From an uncultured Pelagibacteraceae bacterium (GTDB lineage: Bacteria; Pseudomonadota; Alphaproteobacteria; Pelagibacterales; Pelagibacteraceae), in NCBI GenBank assembly GCA_902585415.1, contig CACIDN010000005.1:7984-71983 (forward strand): DNA of 64,000 bases. The letters are read 5' to 3'. The notes below the pieces were generated by a model. It was not told the DNA's origin. It saw only the letters and a list, made by a program, of their open reading frames with translations, and did no database searches. A program made the translations under genes and the position numbers. Below are positions 61,181-64,000 of this stretch, piece by piece (the stretch's first letter is position 1; every line of letters begins with the position of its first letter).

Positions 61181-61642
61181 TTAATTATTTAAAAGATCTC
61201 TTTTTGCTGCTTCGAATTCGTCTTTAGTAATATCACCAGCTTTATACATAGCATTAAGATCGTTTAATTCTTGAACTATGCTTGCAGATTTTGCTTTTAT
61301 CTCTTGATTATTTGAGTCACAATTTTTTTTTGATTTATATCCTTGGAGAACACCAATTCGTCTATCAGCAGCCTGAGTTGCATTTTTATAGTTCTGATTT
61401 TTAGCTATTAGATTAAAAGGAAACCATAAAAGGCCATCAACCCAATCAGCGCCGCTTATTCCTTGTTTATCTTGACTAACACCATCTATTATCACTTGAG
61501 CTCTAACTATTTCCGCATCGAGTTCCCTACAATCCAAATTAGCGTCACCAGCTCTGTTAGCTGAAACAACTTGGTGTTGAGCACTACCAGCGCAGGCAGA
61601 AACAATAACACTAATTAGCAATAAACATATTATATTTTTCAC
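61181..61642 (-). CDS. Lipoprotein with C-terminal SHOCT domain
   Basis: Lipobox VSAC; C-terminal L..L..MYKAGDITKDEFEAAKRDLL. Confidence 0.72.
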   Translation of the reverse strand: MKNIICLLLISVIVSACAGSAQHQVVSANRAGDANLDCRELDAEIVRAQVIIDGVSQDKQGISGADWVDGLLWFPFNLIAKNQNYKNATQAADRRIGVLQGYKSKKNCDSNNQEIKAKSASIVQELNDLNAMYKAGDITKDEFEAAKRDLLNN

Positions 61643-61710
61643 ATTTAAATCCTCTAACTTTTTCCAATTATTGTCAATGAAAAATATTATTTAAAATGGT
61701 ATAATAAATT

Positions 61711-62127
61711 GTGAACTTAAAACGGCTATTTATTGTTTTTTTGTTAATTTTAACAACTTCCTGTGCAGGCACTGGATCGAAAACAATTCCAAACATAAAT
61801 ATTGACAACAAAAATGTCACTTCTCTTTTCTTCTATAGAACAGGTGGTTATGTAGCTGGAGGTGTATTAGCTGGCTTAGAGGTTAATGGAGAAGAAATAG
61901 CAAGACTAGGCACAAATGAATATTCTCAATATACAGTTAAAGGAAATTATTCTGTGCATGTGTTTGGAGCTGGCATTAATGGATTTGGAATGGGTAGTGG
62001 CAGAATAACTGGCCAAGCCAAAAAAGGAGCAAAACATTATTATTTGATAAGTGTTGATGCTGGATTATTTACAAGTTCGTTTAGTATTGTAGAAGTTACA
62101 GAAACTACTTTTAAACAATTACGCTAA
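61711..62127 (+). CDS. Lipoprotein, DUF2846-like
   Basis: Lipobox TTSC; FFYR, VNG....L...EY pattern. Confidence 0.55.
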   Translation: MNLKRLFIVFLLILTTSCAGTGSKTIPNINIDNKNVTSLFFYRTGGYVAGGVLAGLEVNGEEIARLGTNEYSQYTVKGNYSVHVFGAGINGFGMGSGRITGQAKKGAKHYYLISVDAGLFTSSFSIVEVTETTFKQLR

Positions 62128-62639
62128 TGTGTGAAAAAAATTTTTATGCTAGAAATTTTAATATTATTAGAGATCGTATATTTAATATACAAATTTTCTC
62201 AGAATTAAATTTCAAAAAATTTTTTAGCTTGTTATTTATTATTTTTTTACTTAACACGAATTCTTATGCTGGAAAAAGAGATGTTGGAAAAGGAGAATTA
62301 ATACTTAGTGATTATATAGTAGAATACTTTCACGAATATATACAAGGCAAAAGTTTTAGGGCTCCTGGAGTATTTGTTATAGCTATTGATGGATCGTATG
62401 CAACATATTGGTTCTGCGCTGAGGGATTTAGCACTAATTGTAGATTTGGAAATGAGGCTGAATATAATAGAATTTGCGAAGATAGTGCGGGTGTAGAATG
62501 CAAAATATTTGCAAGACAAAGAACTATTAAATGGCTTAATGGAATTAATCCTGGCAAAGGCAAAGTCTCAAGAATAAGTTACAAATTAGATTTAAACGAG
62601 ATTAAATTAAGATTAAAAGAACTTGGCTTTTATAAATAA
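62127..62639 (+). CDS. Hypothetical secreted Cys-containing protein (true start uncertain)
   Basis: Signal-like KKFFSLLFIIFLLNTNSYA begins about 30 aa into the ORF; shares a domain with ORF 63142. Confidence 0.6.
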   Translation: MCEKNFYARNFNIIRDRIFNIQIFSELNFKKFFSLLFIIFLLNTNSYAGKRDVGKGELILSDYIVEYFHEYIQGKSFRAPGVFVIAIDGSYATYWFCAEGFSTNCRFGNEAEYNRICEDSAGVECKIFARQRTIKWLNGINPGKGKVSRISYKLDLNEIKLRLKELGFYK

Positions 62640-62662
62640 AATTATTTATTAACTTCTTAGAT

Positions 62663-62719
62663 TGGTGGTGCCCCCGCACGGATTCGAACCGCGGACCTAT
62701 TGATTACAAATCAATTGCT
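62663..62719 (-). repeat. tRNA-Thr(TGT) 3' fragment, copy 1 (att-like)
   Basis: Reverse complement AGCAATTGATTTGTAATCAATAGGTCCGCGGTTCGAATCCGTGCGGGGGCACCA: anticodon TGT, T-arm and CCA present; 5' acceptor strand and most of the D-arm missing. Confidence 0.92.
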
Positions 62720-62826
62720 AAAGTTTAAATAAACATTTGTTTGCAACAATAATTCTAAAATATTTTTAATCTGGCCACACTCTGGGCACAGTGGTAGTAT
62801 TTTAATAATTAAATAAGGAGATTCAT

Positions 62827-63141
62827 ATGGCAATATTAGTAAAAGGTGAAATTACAATTACTAAAGGATTTAAAACATGGAAAGAGATGGTCTATGCACA
62901 GGATGGAAAATTAAAAGAGCATGGAATAAAATTTGTTTTTGCAGGTACACAAAAAGATGACCCAACAAAACTTCATACAGTAATGCAGTTTCCAAACATG
63001 GAAGCGCTTCAAGCTTTTAAAGATGATAAGGAGCTTGCTGAGAAAAGAAGAGAAGCAGGCGCTGTTGTAGAAAGTGCTGTGATGATACCAATTTCAGATG
63101 AACATTTAACCAACTATCCGGATGCATATACAAATCATTAA
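62827..63141 (+). CDS. Small dimeric alpha-beta-barrel-like protein (DUF3764-like)
   Basis: TAAGGAG RBS; F..WK, DDP.K and R..AG pattern. Confidence 0.55.
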   Translation: MAILVKGEITITKGFKTWKEMVYAQDGKLKEHGIKFVFAGTQKDDPTKLHTVMQFPNMEALQAFKDDKELAEKRREAGAVVESAVMIPISDEHLTNYPDAYTNH

Positions 63142-63822
63142 ATGAAAAAACTTTTAGGGATTGTGGTTCTGGGTTTGTTGTTGAGTGTGAATGCTTATGC
63201 CGCTAATGAGGGTTCAGGTCCAATTGAATTTCCACCAAAATTTGAAAAAAGATTTAAAGACTACCTTGGACATGTAGCAAATAAAAAACAGTATAAATTT
63301 GCTTTCGCATTCCACCCAGATGGAGCAAATGACTGGCAAGCAATCAGAGGTGGATCAGGCTCACTTAAAGTTGCTGAAAAAAAAGCAATTAGAGCATGTA
63401 ATAAAAAAGCAAAAAAAAAGGGATGTAAGATTTTTGCAAGAGGTGAAAAGATTGTTTGGAATTCAGATACTATCCCAAGTACTTTATACACATTGATAGA
63501 AGTATCTGGATCTTTTGATTATATAGACTGGAAAGAAGTTTCAATCGAAATAGGTAAAGGACCTATTACTTTAAGTAAAGATGCAGCAAAGAAGTTTGAA
63601 GAATATTTAGAAATTTATGAAAATAATAAAGATGAAAAAGGTTGGAGTATTTATTTTGCAGTTTCACCAGACGGGAAAATCACTGGTGATTTTGAAGCAT
63701 CTAGTTCAGGTAAAAAAAATATCAAAATGGTTAAAGCAATGGCGATAGCTGAATGCATGTCAAATAATAAAAAAAATAAATGCTATCTATATGCAATTAA
63801 TGATGAAGTAGTTTGGAAGTAA
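63142..63822 (+). CDS. Secreted protein with MKKLLGIVVLGLL leader and two internal Cys-containing repeats
   Basis: Signal peptide ending AYA; two copies of G.GPI...F..YL...FA..PDG...AI..C...C...A....VW. Confidence 0.75.
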   Translation: MKKLLGIVVLGLLLSVNAYAANEGSGPIEFPPKFEKRFKDYLGHVANKKQYKFAFAFHPDGANDWQAIRGGSGSLKVAEKKAIRACNKKAKKKGCKIFARGEKIVWNSDTIPSTLYTLIEVSGSFDYIDWKEVSIEIGKGPITLSKDAAKKFEEYLEIYENNKDEKGWSIYFAVSPDGKITGDFEASSSGKKNIKMVKAMAIAECMSNNKKNKCYLYAINDEVVWK

Positions 63823-63896
63823 TCTCGACACACTCACGACACAATAGCTTGAAGTTTTTAGATTTAGCAAAAATAATTATCGTTGATTTTATTGAA

Positions 63897-63948
63897 TGGT
63901 GGTGCCCCCGCACGGATTCGAACCGCGGACCTATTGATTACAAATCAA
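63897..63948 (-). repeat. tRNA-Thr(TGT) 3' fragment, copy 2 (att-like)
   Basis: Identical to 62663-62714; diverges within the 5' anticodon stem. Confidence 0.92.
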
Positions 63949-64000
63949 AAAGCTTATGAAATTTTCCTTTCATTAACGTTGATATTATTAACTTCTGGAA

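Larger units (their letters stand above)
62720..63896. mobile_element. Integrase-free two-gene cassette between tRNA-Thr 3'-half repeats
   Basis: 52-bp identical direct repeats at 62663-62714 and 63897-63948; related tandem motifs at 62771 and 63824. Confidence 0.7.

Noticed and set aside
36-63496. Short antisense or alternate-frame ORFs in the track (e.g. 3005-3487, 25901-26302, 58908-59348, 60798-61154)
   Set aside because: They overlap well-supported genes and have no recognisable motifs; they are shadow ORFs.
62663-63948. Two functional tRNA-Thr genes
   Set aside because: Both lack the 5' acceptor strand and all or most of the D-arm.
63875-63990. IHF sites (inverted WATCAA) flanking tRNA-Thr copy 2
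   Set aside because: They match only the WATCAA half and lack the TTR element, which is too weak in AT-rich DNA.

Overview
A very AT-rich, tightly packed alphaproteobacterial chromosome segment. Gene content, overlapping genes and tiny spacers point to Pelagibacteraceae (SAR11); this is an inference, not a database match. Positions 1-42.3 kb are mostly core metabolism: TRAP transporter, dusA, nrdAB, prpDBC, a C-terminal-only glmU with glmS, class II DAHP synthase, nadE, cysS, cimA, rpsD, the pur cluster, glucosylglycerate genes, an Anbu protease with a circularly permuted ATP-grasp gene, and ppc. From about 42.4 kb the window is accessory. The main signal is an integrase-free array of cargo cassettes at tRNA-Leu(TAA). 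Three copies of the tRNA 5' half, each with about 80 bp of upstream DNA (43442, 45012, 47737), precede the intact gene at 54113. Two cassettes are each bracketed by their own pair of 11-bp-period tandem motifs at fixed distances from the tRNA breakpoint, and each starts with a decayed MKKLLGIVVL signal-peptide stub. Cargo includes a carbamoyltransferase (SxtJ/K/I-like) module and a phosphate-starvation module (MFS, GDPD, PhoX-fold phosphatase, OlsB/OlsA-like acyltransferases, Pho-box-like repeats). A second array with the same logic is built on tRNA-Thr(TGT) 3' halves (62663, 63897) and runs off the right edge. All calls are from reading the sequence by eye; no searches were run.
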